A program made the position numbers and the translations under genes. From NCBI RefSeq assembly GCF_009834535.1, contig NC_045729.1, positions 11,718,001 through 11,782,000 of the forward strand: 64,000 bases of DNA. Direction: 5' to 3'. This DNA comes from Camelus ferus. Taxonomy: Eukaryota. How positions within the stretch are numbered: the stretch's first letter is position 1; every line of letters begins with the position of its first letter. This document shows, piece by piece, positions 49,903-62,279 of the stretch. The notes beneath the pieces were generated by a model. That model searched no databases. It worked only from the letters and a program-made list of their open reading frames with translations, and had not been told where the DNA came from.

Positions 49903-50430
49903 TGTGATGGCTGATTTTATGTGTCACCTTGCCTGGGCTACGACACCAAGGTGTTTGGTGAAAGTATTCTTTTAGATACGAATTACACTTACAATCGGTA
50001 GACTTTGAGAAAGCAGATTACTCTCCATGATGTGGGTGGACTTCACCCATTCGGTTGAAGGCCTTAAGAGAAAAGACTGATGTCCTCCAAGGAGAAAGGA
50101 ATTCTGCTTCCAGAAAGCCTTTGAACTTGACTGGCAGCATCAGCTCTTCCCTGGGTCTCCTACAGATGGCAGCCTTGCCAGCTCCCACAATTGTGTGAGC
50201 CTAATCCTGTCAAGTAAATCTCTCCATCTCTCTCTTTCTATATACATGTGTATCCTATTATATTATCATACATAGGATATACATATAATAATTACATAAT
50301 CATAATCAAAATATAATTATATAATGTACAATAATTACATAACATAATTAACATTATGAGTGCTTATATGTATGTGTGTGTATATACATCCTGTTAGGTT
50401 CTGTGTCTCTGGAGAGCCCTGACAGATACA
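49903..50430 (+). mobile_element. MLT2 (ERVL) solo LTR, complete
   Basis: tgtgatggctgattttatgtgtca ... ggagagccctgacagataca; flanks caagg/ccagg match 4/5 as a TSD. Confidence 0.9.
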
Positions 50431-50679
50431 CCAGGCACACAGCTTGGATGTATCCCTGGCCCACAGTGGTCCAGCGTCTCTCAGTGGAATACTGCTGGCC
50501 TGGGACGATCTTTGCTGTGCAGGACTGTCCCACTCATTGCAGAGCAGCTCTGCCCTTCTCCCCATTAAATACCACTGGTAGCTCCCTCCCAAGTCCTGAA
50601 GACAACCACACACTCCCAAACCCCCTCTAGGGGACTGCCTGGTACGAGCTCAGTTGACAACAACTGATTTTGTTCAAAT

Positions 50680-50790
50680 TAACCATCTTATAGATGAAGA
50701 AACTGAGATGATGAGAAACTGTGATTTTTTTCCTCAACATTAATCAGTGGCGAAACGGTAGTGAGGACCTGGGTTTTTGGACTCCCAGTT
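50680..50790 (-). mobile_element. MIR fragment
   Basis: ccatcttatagatgaagaaactgaga core. Confidence 0.75.
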
Positions 50791-51945
50791 AAGTGTATTC
50801 CTATCCCCCTTATAAATCCTATGAAATAAACCTGAATGTGTTCATTGATACATTGAGCATATAAAAGTCTTCAGTATGTCATAAGCGTTCAATTTATGAC
50901 ATAAAATGTAAAATTCCACTTTTCACATATTTGAAGCAGCTGAAGCTAAGATCTAATCACTTACTGCTTGGTTCTCCAGTGTCCTCTCTTTGTTTGGAAA
51001 TAATGTTCCCCTCTTTGGTTTAGCTGTATAGCGAGAGCTTCATAGATTGTAACTTCAAGGAGATTAAAAATGTACCTACGTTATAATTTTCATTGCCATT
51101 ATCAGATTTATCTAGATATTTGTTTTCTTCTGCTTTTTGGCTTATGTTTTCTTATCAAAAGTCCCCTCCTTTCGTCGATTTACTCCTTCTGAAGTGCCAT
51201 CCTCACCAGAGATCTCCAATTCAAATCGAGTTTCTGTTCTTTGAGCTGTAGCATTTGGTGTAGCATTTATAACCTCTTACGCACCAGCAAACAATGGCTA
51301 ACTGAGCCAGGCTTTATGTGGAAGTTCCCATGACACAGGTGGTAGTTAGGGGGCTTGGTGTCTGATAATGTATAAGGTTCTTTTCATCCTTAAATGCCCT
51401 GTTAGAATGAACACCCACACCAGGACTCCTGCTGCTTCTTGCAGACCAGAGCTGTCCTTGGCTGATTCCAGGGAAAGAAGAAATGGTTGTGAATAATGAG
51501 GAGAAAGCAGCTACAGTCTACAACCTGGTGTTTCACAGGAAAAAGCAGCAAAAGGGCTTTTTAAAAAACCCACATAATTTGGCAAAGTTACTTTATCTTT
51601 CACTTCTGCTTGGTCTCCCTGAATCACGGACCACCTGAGCCTCCTGTAGGAGTTTAAAGGATGAGAGGTTATCTAGACTGTGTTCTGAGCTGGGAAGTGC
51701 ATGGGAAGAAAGACTGAGGACCAATCACATCCCTTCCACCACTGAGCTCCCAGACTCGCTCATTTCCATACTCTGACACACGGTCTTAGACTCAAACACA
51801 CATGCTTCAGAAAAGGGACATGTTGCTAATTTTGTTCTTCTTCTACACAAACCATGTGTAACTCTCTTTCCCCAATTTCTCCAAGAAAATAAAACCTCCC
51901 AAAGACCTATGAGGTCCCATAGTGCGATATACTTTATCCACTCAC

Positions 51946-52027
51946 CTCAAATTGAAGAGAAAATTTATAGTCAGAGTCTTTGGCCATATCCTTGATGTAG
52001 GCGTCAAAGTCATCCAGTTGAACTGGG
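51946..52027 (-). CDS. PTPRO: PTPRO exon, PTP domain start/wedge ([27 protein letters not shown])
   Basis: gacaaag|C acceptor, GAG|gtgagt donor; 82 nt, phase 2-0. Confidence 0.96.
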
Positions 52028-53685
52028 CTTTGTCAAACACAAGAAAGGTACTGATGTTATTAAGTAAAACCATTAAAGTTTAAATGTATTATCTGGGTCC
52101 TATAATGCTCTTAAAATCTACCCAAATCTTAACATAAATTAATCTATCAGATTAGTTAATCAACAACTTCAAACAAATATATGTATTGAATACAATGTAT
52201 TTGCTAATAGGATGTAAAACCACAGGTGGATGATATAAGCTGAGTGACTTGCAGCAAGACTGAGGGAGAGGCCAACTCTGTGGACCCCGCCAGGGTGGAA
52301 AGGTGATGCGGAAAGGAGGGGATGACGTGGAGATGGGGAAGGGGAGCCAAGGGGCGGGGCAGCAGCGTGGGTGGTGGGGGGGCATTTGGAGTGAAGGGGA
52401 AAAGATAAACAGAAGGTAACTGGAACGATGGGGGGAGACTCTCAAAAAATGGCTTGTAGAGAAGGAGAGAGGATGAGAAGGACAATGAGAAGAAGGAAGG
52501 AGGAAGCTGGCTTGATTTGAGGTTTTGGCTTGTGGGCAGGTTCCACGTCGTCCACACTCCACCCAAACTCTGGTCCACATCCTCCTTCTCTCTGCCTGGG
52601 TCTTGGGAGGAGCAAGGCCTGAGACTGTCTCCCCTTTTTGGTCCCAAGACCCTGTCCTCCAGCCTCTCTAGTCTATGCCTCCACCTCACTTCACAATCCA
52701 ACCAACGATTTTGGGCAGCAAAATCTTCCTATTTCGGTCCGATTATTCCTTCCAGCTGACAGTGTCTCTCCTCTGCTTTGGCTGTTCTTGTCTGTCCTAC
52801 GTCACTAAACATATGCCAATGGGATGCGTACTGATTTGAAATAGATTAAAGAAAAAACTATTCTGTTATCTCTGTGTGCCCAAACATCCCTCAAGGCTAA
52901 GTAGAAATTTTTTGCATCAACATTTCTTTTGTATTACGTGCTTCTTTAGCACAGATACCGTAGATCTGGCTGGGACCCCTAATTGCCACCCCGTGTTAAT
53001 TCATCAACATTCTATCCCAAGCAAGTATGAGGAATGGACTTGATTTATAGGAATGTTCCACTCTTTACATGTAGAGTTTTTAACTAAAGGCCCGGAGGTG
53101 ATGATCTAATTAGGCTTTTGAAATCAACTGGTAGTTAATTTTCACCCATCAGAATTATAATTCTTCTGACTTAATAGTTCAGTGGATAAGTGAAACCACA
53201 GGCTAGCTAAAGTAATTACCCTTTTCCATTTATTATAAAGATTTCCTGAGACAATATCTATCGAAGTAGTTTATTACATCAAACAGAGTAAAAGCCTTTC
53301 CCTGCAATAAGCACAGAATTTGAAGCTACAAAGTGGCAGTTTTTGGTACTACTTTGATGTAGCTAAATGTTAGATTTTTTTTATAGATTTAGAACAGTAG
53401 ACTTCCTTCTGCAAGATGTTTATAATTCCTAACAACCCGTTCTTTCTCAGATTTCATACGGTGAGAATTTTATTCCTGACTTAGTTTCTGTAGTACACTT
53501 TCTTAGCGGTCACGGTCATTCATATGTGTAAACACACCAACACTCAATAGTTCAGCTATTATAATATGCATTTGCCTTTTTCTTCAGCATCCCTTCTATT
53601 TAAAGGCAAGCGATCTTTTCCACTTGGAAAGTGAAGATCATTATAAAGAATACTTTTTTCAAATGAAATAGTAAGAAAAACTTAC

Positions 53686-53721
53686 TTAGTCAGTTTCCTC
53701 TTCTTTAAACCATTTTTACTC
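53686..53721 (-). CDS. PTPRO: PTPRO 36-nt exon (SKNGLKKRKLTN)
   Basis: tttttaattctcag|G acceptor, AA|gtaagt donor; phase 2-2. Confidence 0.95.
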
Positions 53722-54918
53722 CTGAGAATTAAAAAAAAAGAAAAAGCAAATTTATCTGGGCAAAAGAATTGATTAACATAATGATTAAACTTGAAGAGTT
53801 TTAAATAATTACATCAGGCACCTCTATTTTATTTAATTTTTATTACACCTACCTCAAGTTTGCTTAATTACCTTCCCATAAATGAGACGATAATGTTAAA
53901 ATTTTCAGATTTGTTTTTTAAAAACTTTACTAGATTTCAGGAACATACCTGCACTTTATATTTCAGATTCCCCTCCCTCCCAAAATGAGTTGCTCCTAGG
54001 GGTTCAGTTGCTGAAGTGTTTTGTACACAGACAGAAGTTATCTGCTCCCTGGATAGTCCGGGTCCCACACGCGAGAAGGAAAGCACTGAGGAATAAAGGA
54101 GCGCGCTGATGGTGGCAGGCGGGGCATGTCAGTTTCTTAAATAAAGACTAAAATAACCTTTCCGGACACTTTAATTGAGAATGTGAATTTTTTTCTATCA
54201 GTGTTGTCGTGTATCTTACATAATTCTACTATGGCATTAGTCTTTTTCAGTTTTGAACTAGGTTTTAAGCTACCTGAAGAGTTGTACCTGCTTGTCCTAA
54301 TTCGTTACTAGTCTGCAAGGTTGAACTCATGTAATACTCATGTATGTTTCAGTTAATTACATTTTTAGGGGGATTTTAGGATAATTGTTTTCCACCAACA
54401 AGTAAGATAACAGACGTAAGTCAGATAATACTTAGTATCTGTGGAAAGATTTCATTATTGCGTTTTTATTATCTGATGCAAATGGTGAATACTGATACGT
54501 GATTGAGTATGAGTGACAATTTTTATAAGTAATGTTTAGAGGTCTTTCAAGATTGATGGAAGCACCCAGACGTTCAGAACATAAACAATCTATAGTAAAT
54601 AGCCATTTGTGATCTGAATACTCTTCTGTGCCAAAATTCTAATTTATATTGAAAATTATGAATGCTTGGGTATCCCCATTTCTGGAAAGTCTTTAGCAGA
54701 ATGAAGCACTGCTTCTTCTGAGCTTTCATAAAACTTGGTTCAGGGAGCATTTCTTACATGGTCTGACCATCAGACACGTGCTCCTCTCCTGACTGTCCTT
54801 TGTCCCCAGAGCTGAGCGCAGTTAATGGGACACTAGTGGGTGGTCAATAAACGCTTATTTAGTTGAATTGAAACAAAACACCTTTGTTATGTTACCCACA
54901 CAATTTTAATTCCATTCA

Positions 54919-55143
54919 AGATTTGCAGACACTAACTACTATATAGAAAATAGATAATCAACAAGTTTCTTCTGTAGAGCACAGAGAACTGTATTCAATA
55001 TCCTCTAGTAACCTATAATGAAAACCAATATGAAAATGAATATATGTGTGTATATATATATATATATGACTGAAACATTATGCTGTATACCAGAAATTGA
55101 CACAACATTGTAAACTGACTGCACTTCAATTAAAAAAAAAAAG
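54919..55143 (+). mobile_element. Young L1 3' end with poly(A), camelid/cetartiodactyl type
   Basis: actactatatagaaaatagata...taacctataatgaaa...gaaattgacacaacattgtaaactgactgcacttcaatt followed by an A tail. Confidence 0.9.
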
Positions 55144-55518
55144 AATTTGATATTAGATTTGGGCTCATAGGGGATCCCACTGGGGATATGGGACTTGTGG
55201 AGGGGAGAAAGTAATGCCGTGAAAGACACATAGAGAAATATCCACAAAGGCAAGTCGTGCTTCTGATTTTCCTTTTCTAGTTTCCGGTGGTTTCTATTTC
55301 TGCCCAGTTTTGAATGAAGACCATCCATTTGATAGTTCTTGTCCTTTTTTTCCTCCTTCATCCTCTTTGTCTTCCATACTTGGGATTTAGAGGAAATAGA
55401 CATTCTAGTTTTTACTGTTCCCTTCCCTCCTCCCTCCCCCAACAAATCCACTGTCATACTGGACACAGCTGTACCATGTAGGCATTTGGGAACCTAAAGA
55501 AATATGTCTCATCATCAC

Positions 55519-55637
55519 TTTTTAAAATTGAAGTATAGTTGATTTATAATATTGTGTTAGTTTCTAGTGTACAGCATAGTGATTCAGTTCCACCTGTACA
55601 TGTATATTTTTAATATGCTTTTTCATTATAGGTTACC
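55519..55637 (-). mobile_element. Older L1 3' end (L1MA9-like)
   Basis: ttgaagtatagttgatttataatattgtgttagtttctagtgtacagcatagtgattcagtt...cattataggttac. Confidence 0.88.
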
Positions 55638-56239
55638 CTGGTCATTATTAAAGCCTAATTTGTAAGTTACCCCATCAATCTCTGTATTATTCCTTACAAC
55701 TGCATATGAATTTATAATTATCTCAACATTTCAACATTAACTTTAAAAACTTTAAAAATGAAGATATGCAAATAAGCATAGATTCACCTGATTTAAGCTT
55801 AAAACAAACTGTGGAAAATGAGAAAGTCAGAGAAGTAAGCAGGGAAATGAATATAACAGTATATGCAATTTTCTTTCTTTTGTTTTAGTTGAATTCTGTG
55901 CAGTGTACTTGAAGGGTATTTGCTGCAGGCATTCTAATAATAAGCAGAATCCTTGAGGATGATCAGTCGATCCTGAGTTTAAAGCAAATGTGTATTTTGA
56001 GGGTCAAGATGGAATTTATGTGTACTGCTCATACCTGAACACTATCTGATGTTAAATACTTAAAGTATTGATTGACTATGGTGAAGTCCTCTACTGGAAA
56101 CTGTTGTTAAGAATAAACATAGAATAACGTCATTGTAGTAATAGCTTCATCATAATAGCTTCTCATCAGCTAGTACATTCCTCTGACTTAAGTACTTACA
56201 CATCAGTGTCCACCACGCGTCAAAAGTTTTCTATCTAGC

Positions 56240-56585
56240 TCTCTTTTTAAAGAAAATACAAATTCCGGTATTAACAATCCCCACTGTGAGGCAGTTCTGT
56301 TTTTATATTTCTCCCATTGCAACTCAAAGTCCTACACTTTGCCCCCTGTATTTATTCTGTCTTCGGAGGAGCTGGAGAGCATTTGATCAATTGCCTTTTT
56401 GAATAACTAACCCTCCAGATTGCTTAAAGCTTGAACTCTGCACCCCTCCATAAGCCATTTTCATTTCCAGTCTGTGAACAATTTTTATTGCTTTTTTCGG
56501 AGTCCTTCTCAAGTTGTCCACATTTCTGGATCTGTCTGTACATAGTTTAGTATCTAAACACCATGGACTAATACTTAAGGACAAT
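56240..56585 (-). mobile_element. CR1/L3 LINE fragment
   Basis: Minus frame NVDNLRRTPKKAIKIVHRLE resembles the CR1 RT segment DIDKLERVQRRATKMIKGLE. Confidence 0.7.
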
Positions 56586-57554
56586 GATTTTTTTCCTTTG
56601 GGAAACTGGTACCTTTTTCCTTATGGCTCAGAAAAAGCCCTTCTAGATACTTTAGCCTCAGAATTCAAGATTATTATTACTACACTATAAAAGTTGAGAG
56701 GGACACCCTTTGAGGTTTGATTATTAAAATGATTTTAAAAATCAATAAAATAAGAATTGAAAGGAGGTTGCTTTTTAAAAAATTTCTACCGCCCAGTAAT
56801 TTATTTTAAATTTGAGTACTTTCAAATTCCACAAAGAAAACTGAAAAAGAGCAATCTTTTGTCTGAACTCTTTCTTCTGTGCTCTCAGTGATCTAAAACA
56901 CCGCAACATCCAACATACACAAACCTCAGGGCAGGGCTAGTAAATACACACAGCCTGGAATCACAGTGCTCTTTGCTCCTGAATGGAATGGTCCCACAGA
57001 AAAAGCACAGGGTACGGCACGACACAAGGGCACCTGTTACATATGAAGTGAGCAGAAACACCCTAGCATTTTCCATATGCATGATGAGGAAACCTGCATA
57101 GGGCAGAGGGCCTTTTAAGCTCATTTAAAAGTCAGGCAAGTTGTCTGCAATGCATTTTTCAAATAATACGGAGCAGACTGCAGTCCACTGCAGGATACGC
57201 TGATTAGCCTTGTCTTTGTTGGCACTGACAGTCCTCCACGGTCACGTATCAGTGTTTTCACTTTAGCTTTTCTTTGAATAAAAGAAATTTAAATGCATTT
57301 GGACAATACATACTGTAAGATGTTTGCATATACTAAATTTAAAAGACTCAATATTAGAGTTTTTTTCCTTTAAACACAACAGAGTGCGAATCAGGTTCTT
57401 CACAACAGATTGAATATTAAGCAGTGCTTCAAAGAATGAAGGGGAAGGAAAAAAGGACCAAGTGAATAAACACTGAAACATTATTTTCAAAGGGGGAATA
57501 GTTTCCATGTTTATTCAAAGGAAGTCGCTTTTTAGAGAGGAAAGAACAGATTTC

Positions 57555-57745
57555 AGAGACACTTGGTTCTGGAACCTGGGTTTTCTATATAGTCGTGTGA
57601 GGTTAAGATAGTTAATCTCCTTATGCCTCTATTTCCACATCTGTAAAATGGGGCTGAGAATGCTCTCTGCAGAGTTGTGGGGGCAATTAAATAAGAGAAT
57701 TACACAAACAGGCCTGCACATAGTCAGTTGTTCAATATTCATTGA
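57555..57745 (+). mobile_element. MIR
   Basis: cctctatttccacatctgtaaaatgggg core, followed by a gcacatagt...aata tail. Confidence 0.85.
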
Positions 57746-58174
57746 GTTACCATTATTATAAAAATATGAAGGCCCCAAATACAGAGTATAGTATTCAGGG
57801 TTTCTCTACTTAGAGCATTTCTTCCTTCTTGGAAGTATAGCGCTAATGGATGGAGATGGTGAGAAAAACAGAAAGCATCATTTACAAAGATGAAAAGCCA
57901 ATGGATTGACTCAACAAAGAAACGAATAACTAGCAATAAGTGGAAGAAAAGCTTGCCAAGAACATCACAAGACGAAAATTTAATTGGGAAGACATTACAG
58001 TTAGCATCTTGGTACCATTAGCTACGTTCATCCATTTCAATACATGTTTAATAATTTTACATGCTGCTAAACCCATATACTCATTAAAAAGGATTTTCCC
58101 TTCGGTTTACTTCTTGAAAGCTAACTTTTAAAGACTTTGTGTTAGACAAACAGTAAAAAAAAAAAATCACTTAC

Positions 58175-58258
58175 CAAGGATTAATATAAAATGCCAAAAG
58201 ATAATCAGTCCAAAGACATGAGGGTAGCAGGGTTAAGAAAGCAAATATACTCCTACGC
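58175..58258 (-). CDS. PTPRO: PTPRO 84-nt alternative cassette exon ([28 protein letters not shown], the 28-aa brain-type insert)
   Basis: ctcacag|G acceptor, TG|gtaagt donor; symmetric phase 2-2; peptide matches the known 28-aa cytoplasmic insert. Confidence 0.95.
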
Positions 58259-60608
58259 CTGTGAGCATTAATAGATAACAGATGTAAAGATGAAAAAGTG
58301 AGCAAGAGTTAGTAATACAAACTGTGAACAGAGATCAGTAAATTACCTGCTGGGATTAATTAAAATGACAAGCACCTTAATTACAATTACATATTATTCA
58401 ATTCTGTGAAATTTAAACATGAGGGCTTAAGTACTATGATACTACCAAAATCAGTTTTATTCACACGTGGCCTTGTTGTAATCAGATATAATTCTTTCAA
58501 CTTGGTTTGTGTCAGTTAGTCTGCTATTAGGTGATTACACTTTGCATTCAGTTAAATGAGGCTCTGAAATGCCTCATTCGTTATCTCCAGTCTTACTCTT
58601 GGATATTACCCTTGCCGTGTTAAGTGTATTTTAAAAAACCTCTAAAACATCGTTTGATAGCTGACAGCAGCTTGTGTAAGGAAATGTAAATGGTCAGTTT
58701 ATGAACACTGATTCTGGTAAGTAATTTTTCAGGACACATTCTTATAAAGCTGTACTGCTGGGTTTGATGTTCTATAATATTTAAAATTTAAATTAACACA
58801 TCATTTCCAAAAAAAAAGTCACCCTTAAAACAGAGGTATGGTATGACACCCAGGTATCATTCATTCAAGATTCATTCAAGATACGTAGCTCATTACCTGT
58901 CTAGTTTCTAATCTTACTTACATTCAGTTGAGTGGGAGCAAAATTATTTAGTTTCACGTTAATTCTAATTCAGACTTGATTTAAAACGCCTGGTTTGAAT
59001 CAAATTTCAGGTATTTAAACCATTTGTGAAATGGAACATTTATTAATGTAGATTTCAAAATAGCCTATGTTTGTATCTAGAGTTTTTCCGAGAATTAGGG
59101 GAGAAAATGTCACCTTGTTACTTTAGCTATTACAAGTCTCCACTGAGACATGTAGTCTCAGTTAGCCAGAAAATCCTGGTGCTGGCAAAACCGTCTTTAC
59201 CCAGAGCTGCAAGAGAATTTTCTTAATTTTACAGAAAGGTCCTGGAATGAATTCTCTTTTGCCTCAGTTCTCCCAAAACTGGTCTCTCATGAATTTTCCG
59301 TATTGTGACCGATTGCGTAGTCAGTCAATTCACAGCCCTCCTGAGTCACAGGTATAACTGGCTCCGTTCCCAGATGGGCCCCTCATCACTACTCTGTGGA
59401 CTGGGCTTTTTTAAGGGTGGGCCAGGCAAGAAACAAACATGAGTGAGTTACTCTCCTCATTCGGGAAACAGTGCTAATTACACTTGAACAAATCTAGAAA
59501 TGTTTCTTAACTTTTTACCATCCAGAGTTTATCTGTTTCTCTTTCTTCACAGTTGGGTGAATCATATCTGAGTAGCCAAAATTCCATTCAGGTTGAAGCT
59601 TCAGGGCAGCACAACATATTGTCTTGTTGAAAAGAATCCTATTTCAACTAGAGTTTCAACTAGAGTGGGTCTCAACTAGTTGCCCACTTAAGGAATTAGA
59701 ATTCATAGTTTAAAGAAAGCCCTCCCTCCTTCATTAATTCTGAGGGTAAAATTTCCAGTCTTTATATTTATTTCTTTCAGATTAACCATTTTGGGGCGGT
59801 TAGGAAATAGAAAAGAATCACTTACTGAGGATTAACCTGAAATGTATGTATATTTAAATGTGCTTTGCATGAAAGAAACAAACTAGACCATGGAAGCAGT
59901 GCTGGCGTATGAAGCGGTTACTTAGTCAGCAATCTTGTTGGGTATTCATTGCTGAGTATAGGATTATTAATTTTCCTGTATCACTGTTAAGTGTAATGTC
60001 AACTAATTTAACCTCATGACGATGCTTTCTTAATTCTCAGAATACCTCTTCCCTCCAGGTCCTTAATACTCAAGCATAAAGAAACAGGAGGCTACGTTTC
60101 TTATGGAAATTTCCTGGCTTTGACAGTCTGCTGCCTGTAAGCATAGGAGTTGAGAGCCCTGGGCTGTACACTTCTACTTGATTTTTGAACCGAAGTGGCT
60201 GCTCATTTCCCCAGGCACTAAAGTGAAAGTTTTAAATAGTGATCTCCCGCGGTTTGCATGGAGCCTCCCCTCCTGCCTGCAGCCACTCTTGTTTGGCGAG
60301 GCTCCTGCATTTCATTCCAGCTCTTCTGCAGCCGCGTCCTGGGTGACTTGCACAACTGCACTTGTCCTTTGTGTAATATGGTAAATACAGAGCCATCTAC
60401 TGTATTTTCTCTTCTTCTTAATTGCATTAAACTTATATCAACGAACGTACTCAGTGAAAAAGATGTAATCTTCAAAAATCCACTATCATTGAAATTATGA
60501 AAGGATAATCGGGCAAAACTATCTATCCCCCTAAAATAATGCAGTAGGGTTTGGAGCACACACAGTGTAGCTAAGCCACGTAGAGACTCTTTCCAAAACA
60601 ACACTCAC

Positions 60609-60677
60609 CAGTTGTATGGAAGCTTTCCATCTCGCTCTAAGGATGCAAAATTAACAAAAGTGCCTGCTCCACACTCC
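60609..60677 (-). CDS. PTPRO: PTPRO juxtamembrane exon ([23 protein letters not shown])
   Basis: Minus strand: tttccaacag|G acceptor, TG|gtgagt donor; 69 nt, phase 2-2. The transmembrane exon lies beyond the window. Confidence 0.95.
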
Positions 60678-61632
60678 CTGTTGGAAAGAAACCACAAAAC
60701 CAAGGTTACTGCTTGACAGAGTGCTCTTTACCTTGACATAAAAGAAAGTCTTTAACAGCTAACCTTCACAGCATTAAATTTAAAAAAAACCTGATATAAT
60801 TTCCATGTATTCCTATTTTGTGTATGATGCAAAATAGAAAGCTAAAACAAAACAATTTTTCACAAGGGCACACGCACCCAAATCAAGTTATTTGAAGCCA
60901 AATGATTTGGTTCATAATCCTTACCAAAGGGCACTCATGATCCTAACAGAAATCTTTGAACTATTTGGGGTACAGTAGTTTTTACAAAAAGCCTTCAATA
61001 GTAAGGTATAGAAACTCTCCTGGACTGACCAAGGGCTTCCCATTTTTAGCAAATGTTCTTTGTTTCTATAGCATTTAATTTTCTCTCTATAATGACACAA
61101 GGCTCCAACTGCATTGTTTTCTTCCTCCAGAATTCTCCCCTCGTATTGTGATGCTCATTTAATTCATCACCTGAGAGTAAAGGAGTGATGCGTATGAAAA
61201 TGAAATAGATGGGATTTTGCAGAGCTTCCTATCCAGAAGTTTGCCTCTTAATCTGTCAGCAGAAAGTATTGTTAAAGTTTTATTTTCCAGAAGTGGAGGA
61301 AAAAGGTAAACATAATTCTCATGCTTTCCCCACCTTTCGCTTAATATCATGAGTAAATAACATAGCTCCCTGGGGCTCATGCGTCTCATTTTTCCCTCTG
61401 TAAGAAATTGATGGGCTTATTCAGAACTGAAGCAGATTTTGCCATTATTGGCACAATGTACTAATTACTTCAGTTATCTGCCTGTTCTCATTAGAGTGTT
61501 CAAAGACTAGCTTTCTTCCTTGAAAAATACACTAACATATCATTTCATGTTGTATGTATTATAAATTAGACCTCATCAATTGATGTTTCTATGTCAATGT
61601 CCTGTATATGGGATTTATTTTACTCTCTAATT

Positions 61633-62123
61633 CAAGGGTTCTTAATCTGGGGTCCAAGGATAGAATTTAGGGCTCAAGGAACGCAAGTGGGAAAAAGTAC
61701 ACCTTTTTTTCACAACCTCTAACTAAAAGTTAGCAATTTCTTTAGTTATTAAAGTAGGCAACAAGAGCCAATCATATCATCAGTACTTTTGAGATTTGAG
61801 AATAGAAATTGCATTTATTTTTCTATAATAGACTTGCTGCTGATATTAAAATATGGTTCACAGTCATCACTCTGATGAAATTATGAGCGTTCTTACACAC
61901 CTTACTAAATATTGTTATGTGATGTACTAATAAAGATGCATGCAACTCATTTGTTTTCTGAATACTTTGATTACCCTATTTTCATATAATTAATTTCTTT
62001 TTTTTAATCCTATGTGTTTTATTTTAGGCACTTAGAAGGAAAGCACTGTTCTTGAAGAGATCCACAGGCGTCATTAGACTGCCAGAGAGAATCACGGCAC
62101 AAAATAATGTTAAGAATATCCAC
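61633..62123 (+). mobile_element. hAT-Charlie non-autonomous element (MER113-like), near full length
   Basis: caagggttcttaatctggggtcc ... ggcacaaaataatgttaagaa TIR-like ends; internal acctctaactaaaagttagca. Confidence 0.75.
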
Positions 62124-62279
62124 TCTAATGACCAGCTGGCTGGAGTAGAATCACTCCTCCGAAAGATTCTGCTGTATGCATCACAAAGGATGCTCCTGCA
62201 ATGATACCTTCATGAATACCACTGCTTCCATTACTCCCTTTGTTTCCGCCTCTCCCCATTACCATTGTGGGCTAACATT

